From assembly GCA_035502455.1 (NCBI GenBank), contig DATJUI010000019.1, forward strand, positions 13,378 to 77,377: DNA of 64,000 nucleotides. Reading direction: 5' to 3'. Shown piece after piece: positions 9,957 to 19,602 of this stretch (the stretch's first letter is position 1; every line of letters starts with the position of its first letter). Position numbers and translations under genes: made by a program. The DNA comes from Thermoplasmata archaeon (lineage in GTDB: Archaea; Thermoplasmatota; Thermoplasmata; Lutacidiplasmatales; UBA184). The notes beneath the pieces were generated by a model. It did not search any database. It was not told the origin of the DNA and saw only the letters and a list, made by a program, of their open reading frames with translations.

Positions 9957-10912
9957 CGATCGCCGAGTCGGAGGCCCGCGAGCTCGTCGCGCCGGCCGCG
10001 ATCCCCCGCGAAGCGGCCGAGAAGGTGCTGCGCTACCTCGTCTTCCACCGCTCGCTCCTCGGCGAGACCGAGGACGCCTCCCAGCTCCTCGAGCGGTACC
10101 TCGGCCTCGTCGAGAACCTCAAGGAAGGGGTCCACCTCGTGATCCCCGACCCGTTCCAGCGGGCGATGGCGCTCCTGTTCGAGCTCGTCATGGAGGAGGA
10201 GTTCGATCCGTGGGAGATCGACCTCGTGAAGTTCACCCAGTCGTACCTCGAGCGCGTCCGCACCGACGGCGCGGTGAACTTCGCGATCGCCGGGCGGCTC
10301 ATCTACATGGCGTGGAGCATCCTCTACCTCCAATCGGAGGAGCTGCTGAGGGCCCGGGCCGAGCCCGAGGTCACGGCGCCCGCCGACGGTACGGTCGACG
10401 CGGCCCCGGACGACGGGTACCTGCCGCTGATGGAGACGCCCGAGGCGGTCGACGTCACGTCGCAGGTGCTGGGCACCGCGGACGCCCCGCCCCTCCTCGA
10501 GATGGTCCGTCACCCCGAGACCCGGCCGGTCTCGCTCCTCGAGCTCGTCCGCGCGTTCGGGGAGGCCGAGGAGGACGCCCGTCGGACGATCAAGATCCAG
10601 GAGCTGCGCGAGCGACTCCGCGAGGAGCAGCGGGCGCCGCCCGAGGTCCTCGTCCACGGGGACATCCCCGAGGTCGATCTCGCCGACACGTGGGAGGCCG
10701 CGCGGCGGCACCCGATCGGCGAGCCGTTCCCGCTCCTCTCGCTCTGGAACCCGCGCTCCGGCCGCGACCGGCTCGTCGCCGTGTTCCTCGCCGCGCTGTT
10801 CCTCGCCCGCGAGCGGTCGATCGAGCTGCGGCAGGAGCGCCTCGCGGAGTCGCCGGTCGAGGTCGTCCGGACGGCGGACGAACGGCGGCGCGTCGTCGAG
10901 GAGGCGCCCTGA
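9953..10912 (+). CDS. scpA: segregation and condensation protein A (kleisin)
   Basis: 319 aa; 4-nt overlap with smc; ScpA-like N-terminal region (FDPWEIDLVKFTQSYLE) and C-terminal winged helix. Confidence 0.85.
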   Translation: MTIAESEARELVAPAAIPREAAEKVLRYLVFHRSLLGETEDASQLLERYLGLVENLKEGVHLVIPDPFQRAMALLFELVMEEEFDPWEIDLVKFTQSYLERVRTDGAVNFAIAGRLIYMAWSILYLQSEELLRARAEPEVTAPADGTVDAAPDDGYLPLMETPEAVDVTSQVLGTADAPPLLEMVRHPETRPVSLLELVRAFGEAEEDARRTIKIQELRERLREEQRAPPEVLVHGDIPEVDLADTWEAARRHPIGEPFPLLSLWNPRSGRDRLVAVFLAALFLARERSIELRQERLAESPVEVVRTADERRRVVEEAP

Positions 10913-10916
10913 TCCC

Positions 10917-11552
10917 ATGCCGTCGAAGCTGGACGACCTCGTCTTCCGCGTCGAAGCGATCCTGTTCGCCGCCGGCCGGCCGATGAGCGTGAAGGAGCTC
11001 ACCGCGGCGCTGGGCCTCGACGACTACCGACCGGTCCAGCATGCCGTGCGGACGCTCGAGCAGACGTACGACCACCGCCAGTCGGCGCTCGAGGTCCGAC
11101 GGGTCGGCGACCGCTACGCGCTCCAGCTCCGCGAGCCGTACGTCCCCACGGTCCACGCCGTCACCCCCGTCGAGATGGCGCCGCGGACGCTGAAGGCGCT
11201 CACGGTCATCGCCTACCACCAGCCGATCCTCCAGAGCGTCCTCGTCCGGATGATCGGGGACGTCGCCTACGAGGAGGTCCAGCATCTGCGCGGCCTCGGG
11301 CTCGTCAGCACCGAGCCGAAGGGCTCGACCCTCGAGCTCGCGACGACCCGTCGGTTCGCCGAGTACTTCGGCATCGCCTCGACGCGCCCCGAGGAGATCC
11401 GCCGCTTCCTCGAGCAGAAGCTCGGGGTCCCGCCGGCGCCAGCCCCGGCCCCGGCGGAACCGGGCCCCGCCGGGCCGCCGGCCGATCCCCCCGCGCCCGA
11501 CGACGCCTCCCCGCCGCTCGAGGCGGCCCCGCCCCCCGCGCCGGCGGCCTAG
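10917..11552 (+). CDS. scpB: segregation and condensation protein B
   Basis: 211 aa; ScpB-like tandem winged-helix region (VEAILFAAGRPMSVKELTAALG...); Pro/Ala-rich tail; completes the smc-scpA-scpB operon. Confidence 0.85.
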   Translation: MPSKLDDLVFRVEAILFAAGRPMSVKELTAALGLDDYRPVQHAVRTLEQTYDHRQSALEVRRVGDRYALQLREPYVPTVHAVTPVEMAPRTLKALTVIAYHQPILQSVLVRMIGDVAYEEVQHLRGLGLVSTEPKGSTLELATTRRFAEYFGIASTRPEEIRRFLEQKLGVPPAPAPAPAEPGPAGPPADPPAPDDASPPLEAAPPPAPAA

Positions 11553-13906
11553 AGCGCGCCGCACTGGGGGCAGCGCACCGGCTCCGCCGGCCGGGCCGTC
11601 CCGCAGTACGGGCACTGGAACGTCGCGCCGGCGCTCCCGGGCGGGGCGGCCGGAGGGAGCGGCGGCGCCGCCGGCGGCGGGGACGGGGCGTGCGCCCCCC
11701 ACGGGACGGCGGCGGGCTTCGGCCGGCTCGGACGGACCAGCACGAGGACGAGGACCACGGCGACGGCGACCCCGACGCCGAAGATGATCTCGACCGTGGC
11801 CCACGGGAACGACGACCCGCCCGAGCTCGGGGGGATGCCGGGCGTGGGCCCCGTGTACACGTAGCCGGTGATCGTGCCGTTGTACAGCATGGCGAGCAGC
11901 GGCACCGCTTCGAGCGTCCCCCAGCCCGTGGTCGGGTCCCAGCCGGCGGCCGCCGCGAAGACGTAGTTGTTCCCCTCCACGACGTCGAGGAACGGGCTCG
12001 TCGGCACGCTCGGGTGGGCGGCGTAGAAGCTCGCCGACGCGTAGAGGGCCGGGTCGAGGTACCCGAGCGGGCGGAACGTGGCCAGCGAGTTGTCGCTGCG
12101 GACGGCGACCTCGTCGGCCACCAGGCCCGCGAAGGTCGGGGCGGCGATGCTCGTCCCCTCGAGGAGCTCGCCGAAGATCGCGCCCGTCGCGTTCGCAAAG
12201 ACGGTGACGATCGTCGTGTTCGCCGGGAACGCCACGTCCGGCTCGGCGCGATCGAGCACCCCGAGGCCCTGGGTCGCGGCCGCGCTCGCGATCGCCGGCT
12301 GGGCCGCCGAGTGGAACTGCCACGACGGCTCCGCGTAGACGGTGCTGAGGCCGCCTTCGCTGCCCGCGTACTCCCCCGGGCCGCCGAGCGTGTCGTACCA
12401 GGTCACCACGTTGCGGATGCCCGTGATGTTCCCGTCGAACTCGACGACGAAGCCGCCGGTCTCGTTGTACCACCCGGCCGGGACGCCGGACAGCGTGAGG
12501 GAGACGCCGCCGACGGCGATCGCCCCGCTCGTGTTGAACGCCGCGCTCGCCGGCCAGGACGGCCACGGGCCGGTCGCGCGGCCGGTGAGGCTGTCGGGCG
12601 CGTTGCCCTGGTCGCCGCTCGCGACCGAGATCGTCACGCCCGTCGCGGCCGCCTTGGCGAGCCCGGCGTCCCAGATCGCGTCGGTCGTGTCGGGCAGTCC
12701 GAAGGAGGCGCTGACGGCCGCGAGGCCGGCGGCCCCGTACGAGTAGTTGAGCGCGGCGCCGAGCTCGTACCCGAAGTCGTCCGCGATGTCCCCGAGCGTC
12801 GCGGAGCCAGTGACGAGGCTGCCCGAGAAGTAGAAATTGTAGAGTGGGGCGCCCGGCGCAAGGCTGCCCGCCATCTCGAGATCGAGGCAGTTCTCGACCT
12901 GGTCGAGGGTGCTGTCGTTGAGCCCGGTGTACGGGCCGGGCGGCGGAGGGGTGAGGCCGTCGAGGGTCACGGGGACCCCCGTCACGTTCGACACGGGCCA
13001 CCCCGGCCCGAGCGTGTGCTCGAGGTACCAGTCGACGACCGTCGGATCGAACGGCGCGAGGTCCGTGCCCGTCGACTCGTTCCAGCCGCTCGCGAGCAGC
13101 GTGGCGACCGCGACGTGCGTGGGGTACGTGGCGTTGAGGACGTCGCCGCCGGCCAGCAGTTCGCTCGCGCCCAGCGCCTCGGTGAAGTCGGAGCCCAGGA
13201 ACCACTGGGCGCCCGAGGTGTTGCCCTCGATGTACGCGGGGGCTGTCGCGGGATCGGTGAGCGGGACCGGCGCGGACGCCGTCATCTCGTACGAGAGCGC
13301 GGGGTCCGCGGCGTTCGAGAGGCCGCCGATCCCGGTCACGATCTTCGCGAGCGCGCTCGGCAGCGTGACGGCACCGACCGAGGTGTAGAGCGGCGAGGCG
13401 CCCGACGCGCCGAGGTCGTCGAGCTCGACCCCGAACATCGACTCCACCTCGCCCGCCGGGACGACCGCGCGGACGCCGAGATCGCCCGGCACGACCTCGA
13501 GGTCGGTCGCTCCGTGCCCGCTCAGGAAGGAAGACGCCTCCGCGACCGAGCTCGGGGGCGGGGCGAACTCGGCGTCGTACTCCGCCGAGGTAAGATAGTG
13601 GCCGTACTGCGGCGAGGCGGGATCCTCGATCGCCGCAAGGAACGCGGAGAGCCCACCCGGATCGGCCCCGGCGAGCGTCAGGGTGAGGCCGATGGGGGTG
13701 TCGGCGGCCAGGGCGAGCGGGTGGACGCCGGCCGGGACCGGCTGGGCGTCCGTGAGCGGTTCGGACGCGGCACCGGTCTCGGCGGCCGTCGGGCCGGGCC
13801 CGGCGGCCGCCGCTCCGACCGGATGCACGCTCGCGCACGCGCTCGCCACGACCAGGAACCCGGCGAGCACCGCGAGCGTCGCCCGTCGGGGGAGCATCGC
13901 CCGCAC
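11549..13906 (-). CDS. S53-family (sedolisin/kumamolisin-like) serine peptidase with signal peptide, C-terminal TM helix and terminal zinc ribbon
   Basis: 785 aa; signal peptide MRAMLPRRATLAVLAGFLVVASACAS; pro-kumamolisin activation domain; SGDQG and GTSIAAPTFAG catalytic motifs; more than 10 N-x-S/T sequons; TM segment IIFGVGVAVAVVLVLVLV; C-terminal CPYCG...CPQCG. Confidence 0.8.
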   Translation of the reverse strand: MRAMLPRRATLAVLAGFLVVASACASVHPVGAAAAGPGPTAAETGAASEPLTDAQPVPAGVHPLALAADTPIGLTLTLAGADPGGLSAFLAAIEDPASPQYGHYLTSAEYDAEFAPPPSSVAEASSFLSGHGATDLEVVPGDLGVRAVVPAGEVESMFGVELDDLGASGASPLYTSVGAVTLPSALAKIVTGIGGLSNAADPALSYEMTASAPVPLTDPATAPAYIEGNTSGAQWFLGSDFTEALGASELLAGGDVLNATYPTHVAVATLLASGWNESTGTDLAPFDPTVVDWYLEHTLGPGWPVSNVTGVPVTLDGLTPPPPGPYTGLNDSTLDQVENCLDLEMAGSLAPGAPLYNFYFSGSLVTGSATLGDIADDFGYELGAALNYSYGAAGLAAVSASFGLPDTTDAIWDAGLAKAAATGVTISVASGDQGNAPDSLTGRATGPWPSWPASAAFNTSGAIAVGGVSLTLSGVPAGWYNETGGFVVEFDGNITGIRNVVTWYDTLGGPGEYAGSEGGLSTVYAEPSWQFHSAAQPAIASAAATQGLGVLDRAEPDVAFPANTTIVTVFANATGAIFGELLEGTSIAAPTFAGLVADEVAVRSDNSLATFRPLGYLDPALYASASFYAAHPSVPTSPFLDVVEGNNYVFAAAAGWDPTTGWGTLEAVPLLAMLYNGTITGYVYTGPTPGIPPSSGGSSFPWATVEIIFGVGVAVAVVLVLVLVRPSRPKPAAVPWGAHAPSPPPAAPPLPPAAPPGSAGATFQCPYCGTARPAEPVRCPQCGAL

Positions 13907-13986
13907 CCACCCGCGCGCTCCTAATCAGGCGAGCGGTCGGACCGGGTCGAGCAATCCTTTAGCGGCGACCGGGTTAGCCCGCCGCG

Positions 13987-14412
13987 ATGGCCCCGCCGGA
14001 GCCGAGCGCCCCGCCCGAGTGCGTCTTCTGCCGGATCGCGGAGCACCGGGCGCCGGCGCACGTGCTGTACGAGGACGACGCCACGATGGCGTTCCTCGAC
14101 ATTTTCCCGTTCACGCGCGGCCACGCCCTCGTGATCCCGAAGCGCCACGGCGCCCGGATCACCGACCTTCCGCTCGAGGACCAGACCCGCCTCGTGCAGA
14201 CGCTCGATACGATCTGCCGCCGGTCGGAGCGGCTCACGGACGACTACAACGTCGCGCTCAACGCGGGGGCCCGGGCCGGCCAGATCGTCTTCCACGTGCA
14301 CTTCCATGTGATCCCCCGGTACGGGGAGGCGAACCCGTTCCATCCGAACGTCCGCAACCGCCTCGCGGACGATGACGCGCGGGCGCTCGTCGCGACGCTC
14401 TCCGCGCCCTGA
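13987..14412 (+). CDS. HIT-family (histidine triad) nucleotide hydrolase
   Basis: 141 aa; HVHFHVIP histidine-triad motif. Confidence 0.85.
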   Translation: MAPPEPSAPPECVFCRIAEHRAPAHVLYEDDATMAFLDIFPFTRGHALVIPKRHGARITDLPLEDQTRLVQTLDTICRRSERLTDDYNVALNAGARAGQIVFHVHFHVIPRYGEANPFHPNVRNRLADDDARALVATLSAP

Positions 14413-14418
14413 GGCCGG

Positions 14419-15279
14419 ATGGAGCCCGAGCCTCGAAGCCCCGCGGTGGCCGGGACGTTCTACGCCGAGGACGGTTCGGCGCTCGCCCGCCAGATCGAGG
14501 CGTGCTTCCTCTCGGATCGGGGCCCCGGTGCGCTGCCCACCCGCCAGCGCAGCCGGACGCGTCGGCTCCGCGCGGTCGTCGTGCCCCACGCCGGCTACGA
14601 GTACTCCGGACCGATCGCCGCGCTCGCGTACGCGCGGATCGCCGCCGAGGCCCCGCCCGAGGCGGTCGTGATCCTGGGCGTCGACCACTACGGCCTCGGC
14701 CGGGGTCCCGCGCTCTCCGATCGGCCGTGGGCGACGCCCTTGGGACCGGTCGCGGTCGACCACGGGCTCGTCGAGCGGTTGCGCGTCCCGCCGATCGCCG
14801 TCGACGAGGCGGCCCACGCCCGGGAGCATTCGATCGAGGTCCAGCTGCCGTTCCTCGACTATGTCCTGCCGCATCCCCGGTTCGTCGCCCTCCAGGTGCC
14901 GTTCGCCCCGATCGAGGAGCTCCGACGGGTGGGCGAGGCGGTCGCGCGGGCCGTCGAGGGCCGGGACGTCCTGCTCGTCGCCTCCACGGACCTCTCCCAT
15001 TACGTGCCCGCACCCACGGCCGACCGCCTCGACCATCTCGCGCTCGCGGCGATCGAGGCCCGCGATCCGGTCGGCCTCTACCGCACGGTCGTGGAGCAGG
15101 AGATCTCGATGTGCGGGATCGCCCCCACGACCGCGCTCCTGTTCGCCACGGCCGCGCAACCGCTCGAGGTCACCCTGCTGCGCTGGGGCCACTCGGGCGA
15201 GGCCGCGCCGATGCGCGAGGTCGTGGGGTACGCCGCGCTCGCGCTCGCCCGACCGGCGGACGCCGCGACCGCCCCTTAA
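14419..15279 (+). CDS. MEMO1-family protein (AmmeMemoRadiSam system protein B)
   Basis: 286 aa; VVPHAGYEYSG and DLSHY motifs typical of MEMO1/extradiol dioxygenase class III-like fold. Confidence 0.8.
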   Translation: MEPEPRSPAVAGTFYAEDGSALARQIEACFLSDRGPGALPTRQRSRTRRLRAVVVPHAGYEYSGPIAALAYARIAAEAPPEAVVILGVDHYGLGRGPALSDRPWATPLGPVAVDHGLVERLRVPPIAVDEAAHAREHSIEVQLPFLDYVLPHPRFVALQVPFAPIEELRRVGEAVARAVEGRDVLLVASTDLSHYVPAPTADRLDHLALAAIEARDPVGLYRTVVEQEISMCGIAPTTALLFATAAQPLEVTLLRWGHSGEAAPMREVVGYAALALARPADAATAP

Positions 15280-15313
15280 ATAGGTCGGCCGACTCCGCGC
15301 CGCCGGCCGGCGC

Positions 15314-15907
15314 ATGATCCTCTCCGACACCAAGATCCGCGAGGCGCTGGCGAGCGGTCGGATCGTCATCCGCCCGTTCCGCCCGGACTGCCTCGGGACG
15401 AACTCCTACGACGTGCACCTCGGCCCCTACCTCGCGGTCTACGCCTCGGCGGCCCTCGACGCCCGGACCGCCAACCGCGTCCGCGAGTTCCGCATCCCGG
15501 CGGGCGGCTTCGTGCTCGTGCCCGGGCAGCTGTATCTCGGCGTCACCGAGGAGTACACGGAGACCCACGGCTACGTCCCGTTCCTCGAGGGTAAGTCGAG
15601 CGTCGGCCGGCTCGGGATCGACATCCACTCGACCGCGGGCAAGGGGGACGAGGGCTTCTGCAACTACTGGACCCTCGAGATGAGCGTGAAGCTCCCGGTG
15701 CGGATCTACGCCGGCATGCCCGTGGGGCAGCTCATCTACTTCGAGATCTCGGGCGCGGTGAAGCGCAGCTACTCCGCGAAGTCGTCGGCCAAGTACCGGA
15801 CCGTCTCGCCGCATCCGACGCCGTCGCGGATGTTCCTCAATTTCGCGCGGGCCCCGCGCGCGGCGGGGCGGCCTAGGCGTCGGACCGCGGCTCGCCGGGG
15901 CGCGTGA
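15314..15907 (+). CDS. dcd: dCTP deaminase
   Basis: MILSDTKIRE ... GKSSVGRLGIDIH ... LIYFE motifs of dCTP deaminase/dUTPase superfamily; ttaaatag TATA-like element about 30 nt upstream (15277-15284), consistent with a leaderless transcript. Confidence 0.85.
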   Translation: MILSDTKIREALASGRIVIRPFRPDCLGTNSYDVHLGPYLAVYASAALDARTANRVREFRIPAGGFVLVPGQLYLGVTEEYTETHGYVPFLEGKSSVGRLGIDIHSTAGKGDEGFCNYWTLEMSVKLPVRIYAGMPVGQLIYFEISGAVKRSYSAKSSAKYRTVSPHPTPSRMFLNFARAPRAAGRPRRRTAARRGA

Positions 15908-18809
15908 GATAGAACGCGGGGCGGCCGGGCCGGGCCCGGTCGCGTCGTCCGGTCGGGTCGTCCTCGGCGGCGGCCTCCTCGGGAACGACCCGGACCACGC
16001 GGAAGCCGAACCGGCGCGCGAGGTACCCCTCGGCGGTCGCGAGGACCGCGGCCTCGTCCACGGCGGGGCCCACCTCCCGGCTCTCGCCGCGGAGCAGCTT
16101 CGCGACGCGCTCGACGTACCGCGGCAGTTGCGCCCGATGCGCGAGCACGTCGGGGTGCCCCTGGGCGCGCTCCATCAGGGCTCGGATCGTCGGCGTCTCC
16201 CCGCGGTCGAGCGCGTCGCGGATCCAGCGCTCCACCTCCGCCTTCCACGGGGGGGCGACGAAGAAGACGACCGCATCCGGCGCCGGCTCGGACTTCTCGC
16301 GCGTCGGCCGAAGGACGGCGCGCAGATCGTCCTCCACCCGGTCGAGGAACGCCTCGCGGGCCTCGGCGACCGGGGACCGCGCGAACTCGTCGGCCTCGGG
16401 CATCCGCGCCTCGGCGACGAGCCCCTCGAACCAGCCGCCGTTGAGCTCCTCCGCGACGTGCGGCGTGAACGGGGCGATGAGCCGGACCGCGACGCGGCCG
16501 AGGGTATCCGTCGCCGATCCTCCTGCCGCGCCCCCGCGGGCGAGGTACCGGCGCAGGAGCGCGGGCAGCTCGGCGAACGCGATCTCGGCGGCGTCCCGGA
16601 ACTCCCACGCCGCGAACGCCGCGTGGTACCGGGCGACGAGATCGTGCAGGCGGGAGGTGAGCCAGGCATCGAGCTCGGGCGGGCCGGCCCCGTCGCCCGG
16701 GCACCCCGCGATCAGCCGCTCCATCTCGCGGAGCCGCTCCGCGGCGGCCTCGACCGCCTCCTCGCTCCACTCGAGGTCCTGCGCCGGCGCCGCCGCCACG
16801 ACCTGGGCGAGCCGGAGCGGATCCGGACCCCACTGACCGAGCGCATCGTCGATCGCGGGGATCCGCTGGCGGCGCCCGGTCGAGTGCCCGCCCTTCGCCG
16901 CGACGTCCTTCTTCGAGAGCTTGCCGCCCTGCTCGTTCGTGATCCACCCGTGCTCGAACACGCCCCGGGGCTGGAGCTCGTCCGGCAGGAGCTTCGCGTG
17001 GGTGTAGAGGAAGACCGGGAAGTGGACCCGCTTGTGCTCCTTCGCGGCGATGTTGACGTCGAGCGGGTACCAATAGAGGAACTCCTCCCGGACCGTCGCC
17101 GCGAGCCCGGGATCGACGGTCGGCTCGCCCGGGCCCCGGCCGAGAAAGACGGCGTCGAAGAACGGGTCCGTGAGCTGCTCGGTCCTAAGCCGCCCGTCGG
17201 CGACGAACCGGCGCACGACGAAGTACGCCATGTAGAACGTCGAGTCGGCGATGGGCTCGACGATCCACGCCGGGTCGAGCGGAAACGGCGTCCCGAGCCA
17301 CGGTCCCTTGCGCGCGCAGGGGCGGTCACCGAACCAGTCGATGATCCCGGGGAGGTCCCGGGCGTAGTCGGCCGGCACGGTCGTCACGCGGGCGGTCACG
17401 GCCCGCGTGCGGGCCTTCCAGGCCGGATCGCTGTAGCGGAGGAACCACTGGTCCGGGATGCGCCGGATGACGACCTCGTGGCCGTTGCGGCAGACGACCG
17501 GCTTCGAGAACTCCCGAAGCTCGAAGCTCCCGCCCCGTTCGAGAAGGCGCGCGGCGACCGTCACGCGGGCCTCGCGGACCGGGACGCCGTCGAGGCCGGC
17601 GACGCGCATCACCCCGCGGCTGAACTCGAGCCGATAGAGCCGTTCGGTCGCCTCGTCGATCGGCGCGGGGCCCGACCCCCCGGCTGCGCCGACCGCGCGG
17701 AGCGCCCGCTCGGCGGGGGTGCCTTCGCCCGCCTCGAGGGCCGCCTCGGAGGCGGCGAGCCCGCCCGTGCGGTCGAGATCGAGCAGGACCGGCGGCGTTC
17801 CGATCCGCGCCCGATCGTCCGGCGGCAGCTCGGCGACGGCCGCCGCGTCCGCCGGCGCGTGGGCCGGCACCGACATCACCACCCCCGTGCCGACGCGGGG
17901 ATCGACCAGCGCGCTCGGCAGCACGGGAACGACGACGTCCCGGAACGGGACCCGGACGCCGCGGCCGAGGAGGCCCGCGACGGGCACGGGATGGCCGAGG
18001 CGACCGCCGTGCTGCTCCACGAGCCGCTCGCCGCCGGCCCGGGCCACGAGGAACTCGTCGCTGCCCCGGTGCCAGACCACGAGCTCGCCGGCGGGCGGCA
18101 GCCAGAGGTTGGTGACGCCGAAGACGGTCTCGGGGCGCAGGGTCGCGGCGAGGAGCGTACGGCCGTCGTCCAGGCGGAACGGCACCGTGGTGTACGCCAC
18201 CACCTCCGCGTCCCCGCCCTGCGAGAGGTCCGTCTCCGCGGCGTCGACCGCGACGGGGCCGCAGACCGGACAGACCGACGCGAAGTAGGCGCCCTGGACG
18301 ACCTCCCCCTCGCGGGCGAGGGTCGTGATCTGCCAGCGCACGAACGCACGATAGTCGTCGTCGATCGTCGTGACGTACGAGTCGGGATCGACGAGCACGC
18401 CGAGGCGGCGAAGGACGCGCAGGTACTCGCGGCCGAGGAAGCGGGCCGCGTACTCGGGTTGCTCGAGACGCTTTCGCTCGGCCGGGGAGACCCCGTGGTC
18501 GTCGAGCTGGGCGATCGTGCCGGGGTCGCCCGACTCGACCTTGCGGGCCCAGGCGACCGCCGGAAGACCCGAGGCGTGGACCCCGAACGGGAAGAAGACC
18601 TGCACCCCGCGCATGCGGTGGTAGCGGTGGAGCGGGTCCGCGTACGCGTACCCCCGCAGATGCCCCACGTGGAGGAAGCCGCTCGTCCCCGGGTACGCGA
18701 CCAGCGCATAGAACTTCCCGCGCCCCGGGACGCGCCGGGCGCGGGCGAGGCCGGCCCGGTCCCAGGCCTCCTGCCAAAAGGTCGCCCGGTCCGGCTCCAT
18801 CGGCGCCAT
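15873..18809 (-). CDS. leuS: leucyl-tRNA synthetase, archaeal type
   Basis: 978 aa; class I HIGH (SGFLHVGHLRGY) and KMSKS-like (KLSKK) motifs; archaeal/eukaryal LeuRS domain order. Confidence 0.95.
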   Translation of the reverse strand: MAPMEPDRATFWQEAWDRAGLARARRVPGRGKFYALVAYPGTSGFLHVGHLRGYAYADPLHRYHRMRGVQVFFPFGVHASGLPAVAWARKVESGDPGTIAQLDDHGVSPAERKRLEQPEYAARFLGREYLRVLRRLGVLVDPDSYVTTIDDDYRAFVRWQITTLAREGEVVQGAYFASVCPVCGPVAVDAAETDLSQGGDAEVVAYTTVPFRLDDGRTLLAATLRPETVFGVTNLWLPPAGELVVWHRGSDEFLVARAGGERLVEQHGGRLGHPVPVAGLLGRGVRVPFRDVVVPVLPSALVDPRVGTGVVMSVPAHAPADAAAVAELPPDDRARIGTPPVLLDLDRTGGLAASEAALEAGEGTPAERALRAVGAAGGSGPAPIDEATERLYRLEFSRGVMRVAGLDGVPVREARVTVAARLLERGGSFELREFSKPVVCRNGHEVVIRRIPDQWFLRYSDPAWKARTRAVTARVTTVPADYARDLPGIIDWFGDRPCARKGPWLGTPFPLDPAWIVEPIADSTFYMAYFVVRRFVADGRLRTEQLTDPFFDAVFLGRGPGEPTVDPGLAATVREEFLYWYPLDVNIAAKEHKRVHFPVFLYTHAKLLPDELQPRGVFEHGWITNEQGGKLSKKDVAAKGGHSTGRRQRIPAIDDALGQWGPDPLRLAQVVAAAPAQDLEWSEEAVEAAAERLREMERLIAGCPGDGAGPPELDAWLTSRLHDLVARYHAAFAAWEFRDAAEIAFAELPALLRRYLARGGAAGGSATDTLGRVAVRLIAPFTPHVAEELNGGWFEGLVAEARMPEADEFARSPVAEAREAFLDRVEDDLRAVLRPTREKSEPAPDAVVFFVAPPWKAEVERWIRDALDRGETPTIRALMERAQGHPDVLAHRAQLPRYVERVAKLLRGESREVGPAVDEAAVLATAEGYLARRFGFRVVRVVPEEAAAEDDPTGRRDRARPGRPAFYLTRPGEPRSDA

Positions 18810-18832
18810 CGAGCGGCCGGCGCTCTTAACCC

Positions 18833-19537
18833 GTGTGGGCGAGCCGCGGCCGGCCGCACCGGACGGGCCGGGCTCGAACTAAAGTCCTCGACCCATCTTT
18901 GCGCACCGTGCGGATCATCGAAGTGTTCCACTCCGTGCAGGGGGAGGGTCCGCTCTCGGGGGTCCGCACGACGTTCGTGCGCACGGCGCGGTGCAACCTG
19001 CGCTGCCGCTGGTGCGATACGACGTATTCGTTCGGGCCGGGTCGGGAGCGGTCGCTCGCGTCGATCGAGCGGACGATCGCCCGGAACCGGACGCGCCACG
19101 TCTGCCTCACGGGCGGCGAGCCGCTCCTCCAGCGCGAGTCGCTCGCGCTCGTGCGCCGTCTCGCCCGCAAGGGGCTCTCCACCGTGATCGAGACCGGCGG
19201 CTCGCTCGACGTACGGCCGTACCTCGACGTGCCGAACGTGATCCTGAGCGTGGACGTGAAGTGCCCCGCGTCCGGGATGGAACGACGGAACCGCTGGGCG
19301 AACCTCCCGTTGCTCCGGGCCCAGGACGTGCTCAAGTTCGTCATCCAGGACCGTCCCGACTACCTGTACGCGCGCCGGGTCGTGCGGGGGTATCGGGGAC
19401 CGGCGCAGATCGTCTTTCAGCCGGTCTGGGGGACCGACGCCGGCCGCCTCGCGGACTGGGTGCTCGCGGATCGCCTCGACGTCCGCGTGATGCTGCAGGA
19501 GCACAAGCTCCTCTGGGGCGACGTCCGCGGCCGGTAG
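18833..19537 (+). CDS. queE: 7-carboxy-7-deazaguanine synthase (radical SAM); true start may be GTG near 18908
   Basis: IEVFHSVQGEGPLSGVRTTFVRTARCNLRCRWCDT matches QueE N-terminal motifs; called start leaves only 24 nt to divergent leuS. Confidence 0.8.
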   Translation: MWASRGRPHRTGRARTKVLDPSLRTVRIIEVFHSVQGEGPLSGVRTTFVRTARCNLRCRWCDTTYSFGPGRERSLASIERTIARNRTRHVCLTGGEPLLQRESLALVRRLARKGLSTVIETGGSLDVRPYLDVPNVILSVDVKCPASGMERRNRWANLPLLRAQDVLKFVIQDRPDYLYARRVVRGYRGPAQIVFQPVWGTDAGRLADWVLADRLDVRVMLQEHKLLWGDVRGR

Positions 19538-19602
19538 GCGCGCGCCGACTCCCGCCGGGGATAGGCTAATGAGCCGCCGGCCCTCGTCCGCCGCCTCGGG
19601 GC

